Source: Peribolospora baueri
Taxonomy: Eukaryota
DNA length: 39,408 nt
Reading direction: 5' to 3'
Assembly: GCA_029717555.1 (NCBI GenBank)
Contig: JAMDHS010000050.1
Span: 124,001-163,408, forward strand
Shown: positions 1-12,934 of the stretch, piece after piece
Numbering within the stretch: the first letter of the stretch is position 1
Layout of the letters: each line of letters starts with the position of its first letter
Notes under the pieces: model-generated
Seen by the model: the letters and a program-made list of their open reading frames with translations, nothing else
Told to the model about the DNA's origin: nothing
Database searches by the model: none
Translations under genes and position numbers: made by a program

Positions 1-219
1 GTGGTCTGCGCCTGGGGAGACCTCGACGGGGCCGACGGTCGTGGAGATCGAGTCGGAGGACACATGGGGCGTCCTACGCGACGCTGGTGGCACCTGTAGA
101 AGGACGTTGCCGCCGCTGCCGCCCGACTTGCTCAACTTCGAGACGTGCGAGGTGGACGGGATGAACGGGTGTGTCAAGTGGGCCGGTGGCGCTTGTAGGT
201 AAACGCTGTCGGTGTGCAT
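1..219 (-). CDS. Possible 5' part of a gene running off the left edge (MHTDSVYLQAPPAHLTHPFIPSTSHVSKLSKSGG...)
   Basis: Stop-free minus-strand frame from ATG at 219 to the window edge; no recognisable domain. Confidence 0.3.
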   Translation of the reverse strand, partial: MHTDSVYLQAPPAHLTHPFIPSTSHVSKLSKSGGSGGNVLLQVPPASRRTPHVSSDSISTTVGPVEVSPGADH

Positions 220-553
220 CAGTTCAGCGCGGTGGGAAGCGGTGTGGCGTGGGACGATCCATAGCCGTACAAAGGTTTCGAATGATCCGGCACGTTTCCC
301 CCTTTCGACTCCATTCTTTCCTTCATTCAATCATCGCCCCGGCAAAGCGGTTGGTTTGCTCAAGCTTTGAGGTTTGTGGTTCGTACGGCTTTGCGTTTCA
401 CATGTATCTCATGTTGTGGATAAAAGGTTTCGAGATAGGTTGTCGCTGAGGCTTCCGCGTCTCTATGGCTGCGAGCGTGTCCTCACATGTAACTAGGGTC
501 CGTGGAGAGTGTATGTATATATATCCACGCCCTGCCCGTGTCCCGTCTTCTAT

Positions 554-1375
554 TCAAGCCTTCTTCACCTCACTCGCTTCTATCGACTCGGCCCTCGCCC
601 TCGCTCTGGCCCACGTCTCCTTGACAGCCGCATCGAGGAGGAAGCGGCCGTAGGCGCGATGGAGTCGGATGACCCAGCGCGGGATGACCTTTCCTTCCTC
701 CCCGCGTCCCTCGCCATCCACGAGGGCGTAATCGTGGGCGGAGACGAAGCGGACTTGGACGAGCTCGTGCTCCTGCTCCTGTCGGCCGCGGCCGTCGTCG
801 TCGTCGCTGCCGACGCTCATCTCGTGGCGACCACCGTCCATCAATCGCCAAGGGTAGCCCCACCGGGCGATGCGTTCAAAAAAGGCGACGACGTGGGGCG
901 CCATGGACCACGAGACGAGGAGAGGCACGTCGGCGCCCGGAGGGCGGACGACGGTGAAGACGCCGGAGAGGAGGACTTGGCCGGGGAAGAAGCCTTGCTC
1001 GCCCGCGTCGCCTGACGAGCCGTCTTTACCGAACATCCGCCCCTCGAATTGCATAGGTCCACTGGACAGGAACGTTCTCGCCCACCGCGCCTCGACCGAA
1101 GACGCGCTCGAGTCGCCCGGCGGCGACGCGGCGTCGTCGTCGATCAAGCCGGCCAGAGGCACATTGGCGGCGTAGACGTCGATATGAGGCGTGTGGAGCT
1201 TCCGAGTGGGGCGGGTGCCGTAGCCAGGTTTGCGGACGTGGACGGTAGTGGTCTCGTCGGGGGATAGAGGCGGGTAGGCTTGCTCGAGGGCGACGAGGCG
1301 GTGACGGAAGTAGGCGAGCGGAAGGGCGACGAGGCCGGTTGCGAAGAGGAAGAGACGGCGGCGGGCGAAGGACAT
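554..1375 (-). CDS. Hypothetical protein, 273 aa, intronless, with a basic/hydrophobic N-terminus (targeting or anchor-like)
   Basis: Long ORF with ATG and gene-like codon usage; N-terminus MSFARRRLFLFATGLVALPLAYF; family not recognised. Confidence 0.75.
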   Translation of the reverse strand: MSFARRRLFLFATGLVALPLAYFRHRLVALEQAYPPLSPDETTTVHVRKPGYGTRPTRKLHTPHIDVYAANVPLAGLIDDDAASPPGDSSASSVEARWARTFLSSGPMQFEGRMFGKDGSSGDAGEQGFFPGQVLLSGVFTVVRPPGADVPLLVSWSMAPHVVAFFERIARWGYPWRLMDGGRHEMSVGSDDDDGRGRQEQEHELVQVRFVSAHDYALVDGEGRGEEGKVIPRWVIRLHRAYGRFLLDAAVKETWARARARAESIEASEVKKA

Positions 1376-1681
1376 GGCTGAGAGGGAGGACGTGGATGGG
1401 AATGAGGGGAGTGAGCCAGCTAGCTGGTTATGGAGGGCCAGTTAGCCGAGCGAGATTGTGTGTGTCTCTCTATCTCTCTATCTGCCTATCGTCGATCTAT
1501 CTATCCACGTCGACCCTCTCTCTCCTCTCGCCCGTAATGACTTGGTGGAGCTCGTGGAGCTCGTGGAGCATTCCAGCGCATGTGGCTGTCCTTGGCTTGG
1601 TCCTCGTCTCGAGCTCGAGAAGCACCCGCGCTGGGCCGTCGACGTCTCGCCGGGAGCGTGCGAATATGCGCACGTGCATAC

Positions 1682-1804
1682 AACCCTAACCCTAGCCCAT
1701 CTCCACTTGCCCGGCAGGCCCCCGGGAATTCGCGCGTGGAGACAAATGCCGGCATTTCTCCGCGAAGATCTCTCACTGACTGACTCGACTCGACTCGACT
1801 CGAC
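1682..1804. promoter_or_regulatory. Telo-box-like AACCCTAACCCTA (1682-1694) and TGACTC leading into a (GACTC)4 repeat (1781-1804) in the ILV2 upstream region
   Basis: Motifs read directly. TGACTC is the Gcn4/CpcA core and ILV2 is an amino-acid biosynthesis gene; function inferred. Confidence 0.3.
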
Positions 1805-2045
1805 CGGCGGCTCTTGAGCGCGGCACTGCCCACCGCCTATCTTTCCTTCCCCCTCCATCTCTCTTCTGCCAGTTTCAGTACTCCGTTCCCCTCCCGGACA
1901 CCTCAGACGCTCGTCGCCTACGCCTCGCCACGACGCAAGTGGAAGGAAAAGCAAAAAGAAAAGGACAGCCGAGAAGGAACTCGTCGCTAGACAAGCTTCG
2001 TCCATCCTCTGGCGCTCGCGCTCGCTCGCCAACACCTCCCCACAA

Positions 2046-4575
2046 ATGTCGTCGCCCTTCACCAGGCACCTCGCCGCCGCCTCCCGGCGGTCTGGCGTCC
2101 TTCTCTCCACCGCCCCTTCCGCCAGCACGTCATGCTCTGCCTCCCGACCGACCGCCCTCGCCGCTTTCTCCACCACCGCGCCGACGAGCCGCAGGACCAC
2201 CACCACCACCACCACTCAGGTTCTCGAGCTCAAGCCCGGCTTCCGGGAACGGAGCCGGTACCTGAGCAGTGGGAATGCCAGCAGGGCCGCCGCTGAAGTG
2301 TGAGTGCGAGTGCTCGTCCTCATGCTTGTCCTCGTCCTCGTCCTTCGTCTTCCAGTGCCATTTCTCCGAGCGCTCGCTCACTCTCACTTGCCTTGGTTTG
2401 CTATGGTCTGCGCTTCTTGCTCCTGTTCCGTCGTCATGCCCAGTCGACCAGCTCCGGCGCCCGCTTTCCAGCATGAGCAGCCGCCTTCGGCCGAGCCGGC
2501 GCCTCTCGCCAAACGACAACCCGCTGCTCTCGACCACACCTTCGTCGGCATGTCCGGCGGCCAGATCTTCCACGAGATGATGCTCCGACACAATGTCAAG
2601 CACATCTTCGGCTACCCCGGCGGCGCCATTCTGCCCGTCTTCGATGCCATCTACAACTCGAGCCATTTCGATTTCATTCTCCCCCGCCACGAGCAAGGCG
2701 CCGGCCACATGGCCGAAGGCTACGCTCGCGTCACGGGCAAGCCTGGCGTCGTTCTCGTCACCTCCGGTCCTGGCGCCACGAACGTCATCACGCCCATGCA
2801 GGACGCCCTTTCCGACGGCACGCCTATGGTCGTCTTCACCGGTCAGGTCGCCACGTCGGCCATCGGCTCTGACGCCTTCCAGGAGGCCGACGTCGTGGGT
2901 ATCAGCCGCAGCTGCACCAAGTGGAACGTCATGGTCAAGGACATCACCGAGCTTCCTCGGAGGATCAACGAGGCGTTCAAGATCGCCACCAGCGGCCGTC
3001 CTGGCCCCGTTCTCGTCGACCTGCCCAAGGACGTCACCGCCGGCATCCTCCGACAGCCCCTTCCCTTCAAGAGCACCACTCCCGAGCTCTCCACCCTTCC
3101 TTCTCGCCCCTCCGCCGCTCGCATCCGGCAGCCTGCCATGTCTCCATCGGAGCACACCGACTCGGGTGCCGGCGAGCTCTCCTCGACGATGATGCAGGCC
3201 GCTGAACTGATCCGAAACGCCAAGCGACCGATCGTCTACGCCGGTCAAGGTATCCTCAGCCGACCCGACGGCCCCAAGCTCCTGGCTCGCCTTTGCGCGG
3301 AAGCCAACATCCCCGTAACCACGACCATCCAAGGTCTCGGCGCGTTTGATGAGCTGGACGAGCGGTCGCTGCACATGCTCGGCATGCACGGCTCCGCGTA
3401 CGCCAACCTGGCGATGCAGGACGCCGACGTGATCATCGCTCTCGGCGCGCGTTTCGACGACCGCGTCACGGGCAAGGTGGAGACGTTCGCTCCTCACGCT
3501 CGTGCCGCCGCCCTCGAGGGACGAGGAGGCATCATCCACTTTGAGATCATGCCCAAGAACATCAACAAAGTGGTCCAGGCCACGTGCGCCATCGAGGGCG
3601 ACGTCGTCCAGAACCTTGCCGCCATCCTTCCCCATGTCGTCTCTCAACCCGCTCCGCCACGCAAGGAGTGGTTCGAGAAGATCAAAGGTTGGAAGGCGCA
3701 ATACCCATTCACGTACGAGCCCAGCGACCCCAAGAAGGGCGAACTCCTCAAGCCTCAGGAGGTAATCGAGGAGCTGGACAGGCAGGCCGAAGCGATCGGC
3801 AAGGAGAACGTCATCATCACCACCGGTGTCGGTCAGCATCAGATGTGGGCCGCTCAGCACTACCGCTGGAGGCATCCTCGCTCGATGGGTGTGTATCGGG
3901 TTTCCTTCCGAACATTAGACCGTGTTCAAGCGAACTGACGTGATCACCCCACCCCGGCTTGGGCTTTTCCTCCACCCCACAGTCACCTCCGGTGGTCTTG
4001 GAACGATGGGCTACGGCCTCCCGTCAGCCATCGGCGCCAAGGTGGCCGCTTCTGAGAAGATCGTCGTCGACATTGACGGCGACGCCAGCTTGAGCATGAC
4101 CGCTATGGAGCTTGCTACGGCTTCCGCTTTCAACATTGGCGTGAAGGTGAGCGTGCGAGCTTGACTGGGAAAGAGACGGTGTCAGGAGATCGAGTCAGAC
4201 GCATTTTGTTCACCCGCTCGCTCCTGTTTCTCAACCGCGACTTATCCGGGCCATCAGGTGCTCGTGCTGGACAACAAGTTCTCCGGCATGGTCAAGCAGT
4301 GGCAAGCTCTCTTCTACGACGACCGCTACTCCCACTCGGAGATGAAGAACCCGGACTTTGTCAAGCTGGCAGAGTCGATGGACATCAAGGGCATTCGCGT
4401 CTCTAATCTCGACGAGCTCCCCGCGGCGATGGACGAGTTCTTGAGCCACGATGGGCCGGTGCTCATGCACGCCTTTGTGCAGAACGAGCACGTTTACCCC
4501 ATGGTGGCCGCCGGCAAGGCCTTGCACGAGCAGCTCGTTCACCCGCGTCTGCGCGAGGGCGCTGGCAAGCCTTGA
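2046..4575 (+). CDS. ILV2: Acetolactate synthase catalytic subunit, mitochondrial; exons 2046-2299, 2444-3888, 3983-4146, 4258-4575
   Basis: Motifs FGYPGGAILP, RHEQGAGHMAEGYAR, TSGPGATN, MLGMHG, GVGQHQMWAAQ, SGGLGTMGYGLP, DIDGDAS; GT-AG introns restore the frame; presequence-like exon 1. Confidence 0.97.
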
Positions 4576-5351
4576 GAGTGCGCGGTCGTTCGTTCGTCTC
4601 GCTGGTCCTTTTCCCTGCGTCGCGTCGTACTCGTTCGTTCCTCGCGGAGGCACCGGTACTATTTATGCAAGCTACAACTCCCAACGACTTCCATCTTGGA
4701 TCCTGGTGCTTCTGCTTCTGGACTCTGCCCATCTCGCCATTGGGATTGCTTTCCCAGCGTGACTCGATCCTCCGTCATTTGCCGCCCTCGTCTTTCCTTT
4801 CCTTCCCCATTGCTTATCTCTGATTTCTCCCTCGACGCCCTTTTTGGTCTGTATTATGCATGTCGCCTGTCCATCGTACATCGGGGCCTTCCCTTTCGTG
4901 AGCTTGGTCCTCTCTCGTCCACCTGCTGCTGCGTCTTTGCGAAATGACCGGCACGGGCACGGGCCCCCCAAAAAGAGTGCAATTGCATTCTCCCTGGTTC
5001 TCGTTCACGTGCTTGCCTCGTCTCGCTCTCGTTCACTTGCTTGCCTCGTCCCGCGTAACGTTCGACGTCGATGCCGCTTGACTTCTTCTCGAGATCAAGC
5101 CTGGAGTGAATTTCCATAAGGAGCTTCACTTAAGACTCCGGTCAGCGTCGAGAAGTGGCCCGGGCGCAGACGGGGCGATTCGCCGCAGCGAAAGACCACG
5201 ACCCGTACGTCGTCTGTCCGTCCGTCAGTCCGCGAGCGTGATCAAAAAAAAGTCAAATCCTGAGCTCTTCCATCCACCACCACTCCATCGTCCTCCCTCC
5301 CGCTCCCATCCCTTTCCCTCTCCCTCTCCCTCTCTTCGCCCGCCGTCCACC

Positions 5352-6936
5352 ATGTCCTCCAAACCGGACAACATCCGCCTCCGCCCAACTCTTCCAATCC
5401 CAGCCTTTGTAAAACGCGTCTTCGCAGCCTTTCCACTCTACCACCTCCCTTCTTCCCCCGCCGCCGCCGTGGCTTTCCCGCCCGTGACGCCGGCGCCGGA
5501 AGTGCCGAGGCTTTTTGTCGTCGGCAAGGAGGAGGGCGGCAAGCATTTTGAGAAGAAGGAGGTGGGAGGGGGAGACTCTAAGAAGGAAAGGGGCCGTTCC
5601 CCCTCGTCGGCGACGGGCGCGTCCACAACATCTTCCCGCGGTGGCCCTTGGCCGTCATCCGACCAGCTATGCCTCCGATGGCAGATGGAGCTTCTCTTCG
5701 CTGGCGTGGAGTTTGAGACGGTTTGGGTGGACGAGCAGGAGGTGGTCATGGGTCGGACGGCGGGCTTGGGAGGAGATGGCGGTGAGTCAACCCCACGCTC
5801 GCTTCTTCGGCCACGGAAACGATGCTGAGGTGCCGATCCCTCTTTTTTCTTTTGTCTTCCCTTCCTCCCTTTATCCTCTCCTGTCCATTTGGATTATACG
5901 ACATCTATCGACGATAGGTCGTCTTCCCGTCCTCCACGCCCCCTCCGCGACCACAGCTCCAGTCCTCGTCTCCGCCTCCCAGCTACCTGACTACATGCGA
6001 TCCCGCGAGGCGCAGAAACGCTTGGGGCGTGAGCAGGAGGAGAATGAGCGGGGACATCGGGAGGAAGACGAGGGAGATGGGTTCGTGAGCGAGGAGGCTA
6101 GGTTGGAGGCCAAGGCTTGGGACAGCTTGCTCGGTACGAGGGTTCGTGCGGCTTTGGTGAGCCTCTCTTTCCGTTTGGTCTCGCCGGCCGTGTTCGTCGT
6201 TTTGGACGTCCTACTCTGGTTCGGTAGCGAGCCCCTTTTTTCACGCTTCTGCGTGCTCAACGTCCATTCATGGACTTGCCCGCCTTCCATGCTCTGCCAG
6301 CTTCTCCACTCCCTCCCCGACCCAGACGCCGCCGCGGCGAGCGGACCTGTCCAAGAGCTCCCCTACTTTACCTCCCTCCTCCACTCTCACCTTCTCTCTC
6401 TCTCCCAAGCGCGCACCCTCTCTGAGATCTCTTGTCTCTCGACCCCCAAACCTGTCTCTTCCCCCGGCTCGCTCTTCGGTCTCGTCGGATGGTTCTTTGG
6501 CAGCGAGGGTGAGATGGACAGGGCAACGGGGGGAGCGGTGGATGTGGAGGAGGTGGAGAGGAAAGGTAGGGAGGGGCTCGATGCTATCGGGCGGAGGATG
6601 GAGGAGGAGGGGGAGGGAGCAGAGAGGAAATGGTTCTTGGGCAGCAGGTGAGCGAAGCGCGTCTCTGTCGCCCCTCGTCTCCGTCTCTCTCTATTCCCGA
6701 GACGCCGTTTGACCAATGAAAGTGCTGCGACTTTCGCTGACGCTTTGTGCGCTTTCCTCCCCTCCCTCCACCGCAGCCGCCCAACCTCTCTGGACGCACA
6801 CCTTTTCTCTATCCTCCACGTCCTCCTTTCCTCCGAAAAGATGCAGGACAGCCCTCTCCGGGACGCGGTGAACAAGCACCCGGTGCTGAAAAAGTGGACC
6901 AGAAGGGTGTACGATGAAAGGGTCAAAGGCAGATAG
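5352..6936 (+). CDS. SAM35: Metaxin-family mitochondrial SAM complex subunit, Sam35/Tob38-like; about 4 exons
   Basis: N-terminal IPAFVKRVFAAFPLY resembles fungal Sam35; GST-like motifs CLRWQ, GRLPVL, WFLGS..PTSLDAHLFSILH; introns at about 5782-5918, 6157-6300, 6648-6775. Confidence 0.75.
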
Positions 6937-7194
6937 TCCCATCGGTCGGACGGAATGCGCGTCGCCCCAGACTTTTATATCTTTATTTAATTAGAGCTTT
7001 TGCTGTTAGTAAGGTCCGTTCTATCGTCGCAGACGCGCAGACCACACTGCCCGAGCACGAGGAAAGAAAGATATAACTTGGGTGACAAAGTGGCCCCACG
7101 AGCCCACGCCATCGTGACGTCCCAGATAGCTTTTCAAAGCCTGCGTACACGGATGACGTGCCACGCCTTCTGCCCTCGTTCGTCCATCCTTTGC

Positions 7195-8605
7195 TCATTT
7201 AGCTTCGCCGTCCGCTGACGCGTCCTCCGGAGTCCAGAGTGTCTCTCCCTTCCTGTTCTCGACGCGCTGGAAGTACCTCATCGGTAGGATGCCAGTGTCG
7301 CCAACACCGCGGGTGAGGATGACGCCGTTGGTGGAGAGATGGAATGGGATGCCGTCTGAAACGAGGCGGCGGAAGAAAAAAGCAACAAAAAAAGTTTAAG
7401 TTAGCAGGGGGTCAGCGACCGGACGAGAGAGTTCGTTTATCGAGACGTCGACCGGTATCCAAGGCGGCGATGGAGACGGTGATGCGAAAAGCCCACCCTG
7501 GAGAGCTCGTTTGATATCGATGCAGATGAAGACGGAGCAATTCTTCCGCATTCCTTGTCGCACCACGACCGCCGGAGGAAAGCGAGCGTCAGTCAAGCCG
7601 TTCGACACCCTGTGACCCGAGCTTTCGAGGTGCCCGTCCCCACGGAGCTAACGAGGCGGCACGCCCACTCACCGCTAATGACGCCCTCCTCCCCATACTT
7701 TCCGCTGGCACAGTGTATATGAGTACGCTTCATGACAGACAAACCGCCACTCTGACGTATCTTCTCCCACGCCGCCAGGTCCGTGCCGTGTATAACTCGC
7801 TCCGGGACCGGCAGAGAGGTGGGGTCGTCGAGAGAGATGGACTGCAGCTCGAGGTCGGGCATCTGGGTGAGGAGAGGATCGAAGCGGGTCGCAAAGGGAG
7901 GGAAAGAAAAGCAACTATGTCAACGAACTGGGCGAGCGTGGTTTGACTTTGGGCCCATCATACGCGCACCTCAATGGAATGTCCCTGTGTCGCTCGAATC
8001 CACCATTCTCCTTCCATGCCGTCTCTCATCTCCTTACACCCCGCCAACTTTGGCAAAGACAGTGATAGTGGTGATGACGATGATAATGATCTTTTACCTT
8101 TTTCTATGCCTTTGCCCTTTCCGCCATCGCCGGTGTCCGATGAAGACATGGGCTCCCATTTGAGCTCGAACCGCTTCTTCTCGTTGTCGTCCACGACCCT
8201 CCTCACGTCTTCCATCGTCGGACCCTTGATCGCCTTGGCCCCCTCTCTCAGCCCCACGCCCCCCTCCTGCTCCCGTCCTCCGACCCTTTCATCATCCACC
8301 TTGCCAGCCGTCGCCTTCGCGTCCGCGCCGTCATCACCCACGTCCACCTTCCTAACCTTGGGCCTCGACAGCACCTCGGCGACCCTCACAAAACCATCCG
8401 AGCGCACGCCGAGGCCTTCCTTGTGCGCGCCGTGGCGGAGGAGGTAGGAGAGCGCCTTGGAGAGCTGCACGTCCGGAGGCTGCGAACGCGGGTCTCGGCG
8501 GTGGTGCGGCCCTCCTCTCCCTTGTCCCCGAACCCGTTGGCCTCCTCCTCCTCGACCGGTTGGAGGGTCTTGTCCGTGCCCTGACTTGGATGCCGGCTGG
8601 ACCAT
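7195..8605 (-). CDS. TPT1: tRNA 2'-phosphotransferase (Tpt1/KptA), multi-exon; alternative upstream ATG at 8668
   Basis: SKALSYLLRHG, NEKKRF, IRATQGHS, IHGT, GLSVMKRTHIH, GMRKNCSVFICID, DGIPFHLSTNGVILT; stop TGA at 7195-7197. Confidence 0.93.
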
Positions 8606-9012
8606 GCTGAACGTTTGCAAGCGAGCTTCGGCCAGAGGCGAGCGAGAAGGACAGGGCGTGTCGGGCATGGACGACCAAATCGCCCTCCCTCCCCCTCCAC
8701 GCCATCCTCACCCTCACCTCGCTCACGGTCTTCTTGCCGCAGGAAGCGATCGCGACGAACGTTTGCCGCAATCTTTCGCCTCGCACGGGCCCGCCCGACT
8801 CTCCCGCCCAACCGCATGCTCTTCTCACGTTTTCCGAGCTCATCCTGATGGGATCCAACTCCAGTGTTTGTAATGGAAACCATCCCGGTGCAAGGGACTC
8901 ATCCACACGTCGGAAATGCTCACAAAGAAGGACGCAGAAACAAACTGATGCCGCGGAACTCGCGTGCATTGCACAATCGGCGTGAGTGACTCGCGACGAC
9001 GGACCGAACAGA

Positions 9013-10656
9013 TCACAACCCTTCCTTCCACCAACCCTCTTTCGCCTTCGGCTTCGCCTTCCCGCCCCCCGTCTCCCCATTCTTTCTCTTTCGTTTCGAA
9101 CCAGCCAAGCGGTTTGTCCGCGTCGCTTGAGAGTCTTGCTCTCCCTCGATCGCTTCCTCCGCCTCTGCACCACCCCCACCGGTAGCCTTGCCCTTGCCCT
9201 GGCCCTTGCCTTTGCCCTTCCCCTTTGCATCCACCTTGCCCGACCACATCCTCATGGTCGACCTCATAGAAGCCTCCCACGCGTCCTTATGCGCCCGGTA
9301 GATGCCCATCGTCGCTCTGGCGTCCTCGACGGAAGAGTGCTCGGAGCCTTGGATTTCGATGCCGAGGACGAGTCGGGCCAGGTTCTTCAGCGACGGGTGC
9401 TTCGTCTTGGCCAGTTCGCGGAGGGGAGCAAAGGTTGATGTGTCTCGGAGAAGGGGACGAGGATGGGTAAGGAGGAGTGCCTGTGCGCGGAACCAATATC
9501 AGAAGCGACCGAAGCTGTGAGTGGACGGAAGGCCAGAAGTGATAGAGGGCGTCGGGCCAGAGCTTTCCAACTCCTCTTCTCCTTACCTTGAGGTCATTGT
9601 GCACGGCGTGTCCGACGAGGATTCGGTCTTTGATCAGATCGGCCACCTCTTTCTGAACCTCCGCGAACGTCGGTGCTTTATGAGTTTGGCCGCGTCAAGT
9701 AGTCGAGTAAAGGAGAAAGGAGAGCAAGGACGGTGAGGATGAGCGGCGAGCCTATGAATAAATGGCCGATCCATCCGGTTGGCTCTCCAGATGAAAACCG
9801 CTTCTCGTCTCGACTAACCTCCGACCAGATCCGAGCTCCTAACGCCGGACACCCAAGTGCGGTAATCGGTGACCTTTTCCATCGGTCGCACGAACTGGTC
9901 GAGCACGAGGCCGCCGTGGTAATTGACAATGGAGATGCGGGCGAGGATGGATTCCGCGCCTTGGGGACCGACGCCTACCATCTCGCAGTCGATGGCGATA
10001 TATCGGCCCGGCCTGATGCAAGCGCACGAGTAAGGAACAGAAGAAACGGCGGATTTATAAGTGAGCGTGGTGGAAGGGCCCAGGCAATGCGATGCCAGAG
10101 AATGGTTAAAAAATTCCGCTCACTCTGCTTTCTCGCCATCCTTGAAGCTCCCAAACACTTTCGTCATTTTCCTGCCCGCAGACCTTCCGGCTTGCGCCGC
10201 AATCTCGTCGTCTCTAGCCTTTGCCTTGCCCTTATCCTTCGTAGACATTTCCGCGCGTACGAGTGCAAGATCCTCCGGCGAAAGATCGTCGGCGAACCAT
10301 AGTGCAGACGCGGACGTACTGGCCGATGAGATGGTCCGACTTTTATTGCTGTCTTGTTCGCGTCCAGCGATTTGCTGAGCGCCGTTCAATTTCCGCTTTT
10401 TCGTAGACGATCCCAAGGCATGGCCGGATTCGGAGATGGCAGAAGAGCTGGCCTTTACCGCCTTATGAACAGACAAGGTGACCGTGTGTGCCTGTTTCTG
10501 TCCAGGCGACGAGGAAGGCGAGTGAGCCAAGCTGTCCTGACAAGGGGTGTCCGCATGCAAATCAATGACGATCCAGACATATCTCACCTTCTTTACACGC
10601 TTAAGGGCGGCCGACGCCGCCTTCTTCCTTTTGTCCTCTGTCGTCGCCTTGGACAT
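9013..10656 (-). CDS. REX4: RNA exonuclease 4 (DEDDh), multi-exon
   Basis: [71 protein letters not shown]. Confidence 0.92.
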
Positions 10657-10842
10657 GGCCGTGCGTTTGAGGAGGGTTCTCGCCGGAGAAAGTCAGTCGG
10701 GGGGTCCTTGGAATAACCTGCGGTAAACGGCGTTAGGCGGACATACCCGGGGCGACCAGGCTTAGGTCGAGGAACTGGCCCCAGAGTCAGGACTGCTGAC
10801 AGGGAAATTAAATATAGAGACAGGGCAATTTAAAAAAAAAAA

Positions 10843-10992
10843 CTTGCGTTACTTGATGCGTCGTCTAGCTTGCTCTGGCTCTGGCACTGCTGTCGGTTGT
10901 CTGGCGACGAGTCGAACTGGCGTCTTCGCCTGTGAAAGACGAATCAGTACAATACCTATTCGTGGTCATTCATCCGGCTCAGCCGCAAACAC
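10843..10992 (-). ncRNA. Putative Pol III-transcribed structured ncRNA, short paralog (about 150 nt), family unknown
   Basis: A box-like CGGCTGAGCCGG (10974-10985), B box AGTTCGACTC (10909-10918), T11 terminator (10832-10842), terminal stem GTGTT/AACGC; homologous to 13548-13903. Confidence 0.55.
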
Positions 10993-11003
10993 TTTATTGC
11001 TTT

Positions 11004-11051
11004 GTATGAACAAGGGGAATACATCCGTTCACGAGATCAACGATAGGACGA
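11004..11051. repeat. Left copy of a 48-bp inverted repeat (partner at 12935-12982)
   Basis: gtatgaacaaggggaatacatccgttcacgagatcaacgataggacga matches the reverse complement of 12935-12982 at 44/48. Confidence 0.9.
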
Positions 11052-12934
11052 TGCCCCTATCACTCGTTTCTTCCATCACTCCCACTCGTCAGCTCGTCCA
11101 TCCGTGGAATCCATCCATCATCCGTCCATCAACCAATCTTGACCGATGTCTTGCTGTCTGTCTTGGGAGTTCTTGTCTCCTCTTGCAGGCCAGTCGTGTT
11201 GTAGCGATCCCATACAAGAAAACAGCATCTTGATGCTTTGACGGACCGAGTGACTTCGTAAGGACATCTGCCGGTTGCTGACCAGTTGGCACATAGCTCA
11301 GCTTGATCTCTCCACTTGTTACCTTTTCCCGCACAAAGTGGAAGCTGATGTCGATGTGCTTTGTTCTTGCATGATGGCGATCGTCCTTAGCCAGGGACAG
11401 GCTAGCTTGGTTGTCTCACAAGTGGATTGTCGGTGCCTAGGGTTAAAGATCCATGAGCAGTTTCTTGATCCAGATGGCCTCCTTCACCGCGAGCGCAATG
11501 GCGAGGTACTCGGCCTCTGTCGTTGATGTGGTCACAACTGTCTGCTTCTTGCTCGACCAGCTCACAGTGCTTCCTCCTACCTTAACAGGTAACCATTTGT
11601 AGAGCGCCGGCCGTCAAGATCTCCCTGCGTGGTCGGTATCGCAGAATCCTTAGATTGTTGCTGATTCTTGCTCCGCAACGTTGGTGACTTCCCGGAGACA
11701 CAGTTCGTAATGAGCCGTACCTCGTAAGTAGCGCATCACCTTTTTGCTTACCTCCAATGATTCTCGCTCGGATCAGCCATAAAACGAGCTAGCTTGCTGA
11801 CGACGAATGTGACGTCCGGTCTTGTTCCCATCGCCAGGTACATCAATGACCGTATGCTCGCTGGTATTGTGTTCGATCTGCCTGTGGCTCTCTCTCCTCT
11901 CGAGCCTTCAAGTTGCAATTGGCGTCCATCGTTGTGGGAGCTGGTCTGGAGTCTTGCATCCCGAACCTGGCGAGAATGAAACGTTCCGTGCAGGCTTCCT
12001 GCGAGAGATACGTCTCCCCATCTCTGCGTCTCGCAACTTTGGTACCCAACAGATACTTGACTTCGCCGAGATCCTTGATCTTGAACGTCGCCTTCATCTG
12101 GATGACCTGGATCGCGCCCACGATCACGCCTGACGACAAGGCGCGTTTCCATTGTCGCCGCCCTTTGGGCTTCTTTTCTGGCTTGAATTGCATCAGAGCT
12201 GTCGAGTTCTCAGCTATGATGGCAAGGTCATCCACGTAGACAGCCACAATGACCGTGCCCAGATCGTTGCAACGAAGGAAAACGTTCTGATCGGCAGCAC
12301 TTTTCCTGAACTTCATGCTGGTGAGACAACGACTGATCTTGTCGTTCCATGCCTTGCCAGTTGCTTCAGACCATGCAGCGCTTCTTGAGGGGCAAGACAT
12401 TTCCCTTGGGTATGCCGCTCTCCGTAGGTGCCTCCATGAAAAGTTCCTCTTGGAGCTCACCGTTCAAGAATGCGGAGTCGACGTCCATCTGGTGGGTCAA
12501 CCAGTTCCTCTGCGCGGCTACTGCTAGCAAGAGATGCTTGACAGTCTCGCCACCCCAGCAAAGGTCTCGTTGTAATCGAGTCCAAATTGCTGTGAATACC
12601 CCTTGGCTACCAGTCTTGCCTTGAACCGTTCTACCGTCCCATCCGAGTCCCTCTTGATGCGGAGCACCCACCGGCACTTTATCGCGGTTCTTCCCTCCGG
12701 CAGATCTGTTTCCTCCCAGGTCTCGTTTTCTCGCAACGCCTCCAGCTCCTTCTTAATCGCCGTCCGCCATTCTTCGCCTTCGGCGCTCCTCAGAGCTTCT
12801 TTCAGGCCCGGCTCGTCTTCATGAGTTCTTGACGAGTATGCCCGATCGTAGACGAAGTCGGAGCGCTGTTTGGGTTTTCGAGTTCGTCCAGACCTTCGTG
12901 CCGTAATCGCCGGCTCCTCCTCACCTGCCGATGT
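11052..12934 (-). mobile_element. Degenerate Ty1/copia LTR-retrotransposon fragment: RT, RNase H, polypurine tract and start of the 3' LTR; gag, protease and integrase absent; frameshifted
   Basis: ELEALRENETW, KCRWVLRIK, FKARLVAKGYSQ, HQMDVDSAFLNG, YVDDL, TRPDV, STTEAEY, KHIDI, DVLTKSL; PPT GAGTGGGAG (11079-11087) followed by TGATGG. Confidence 0.93.

Noticed and set aside
2130..3875. 581-aa minus-strand ORF
   Set aside because: Antisense shadow of the GC3-rich ILV2 coding exon
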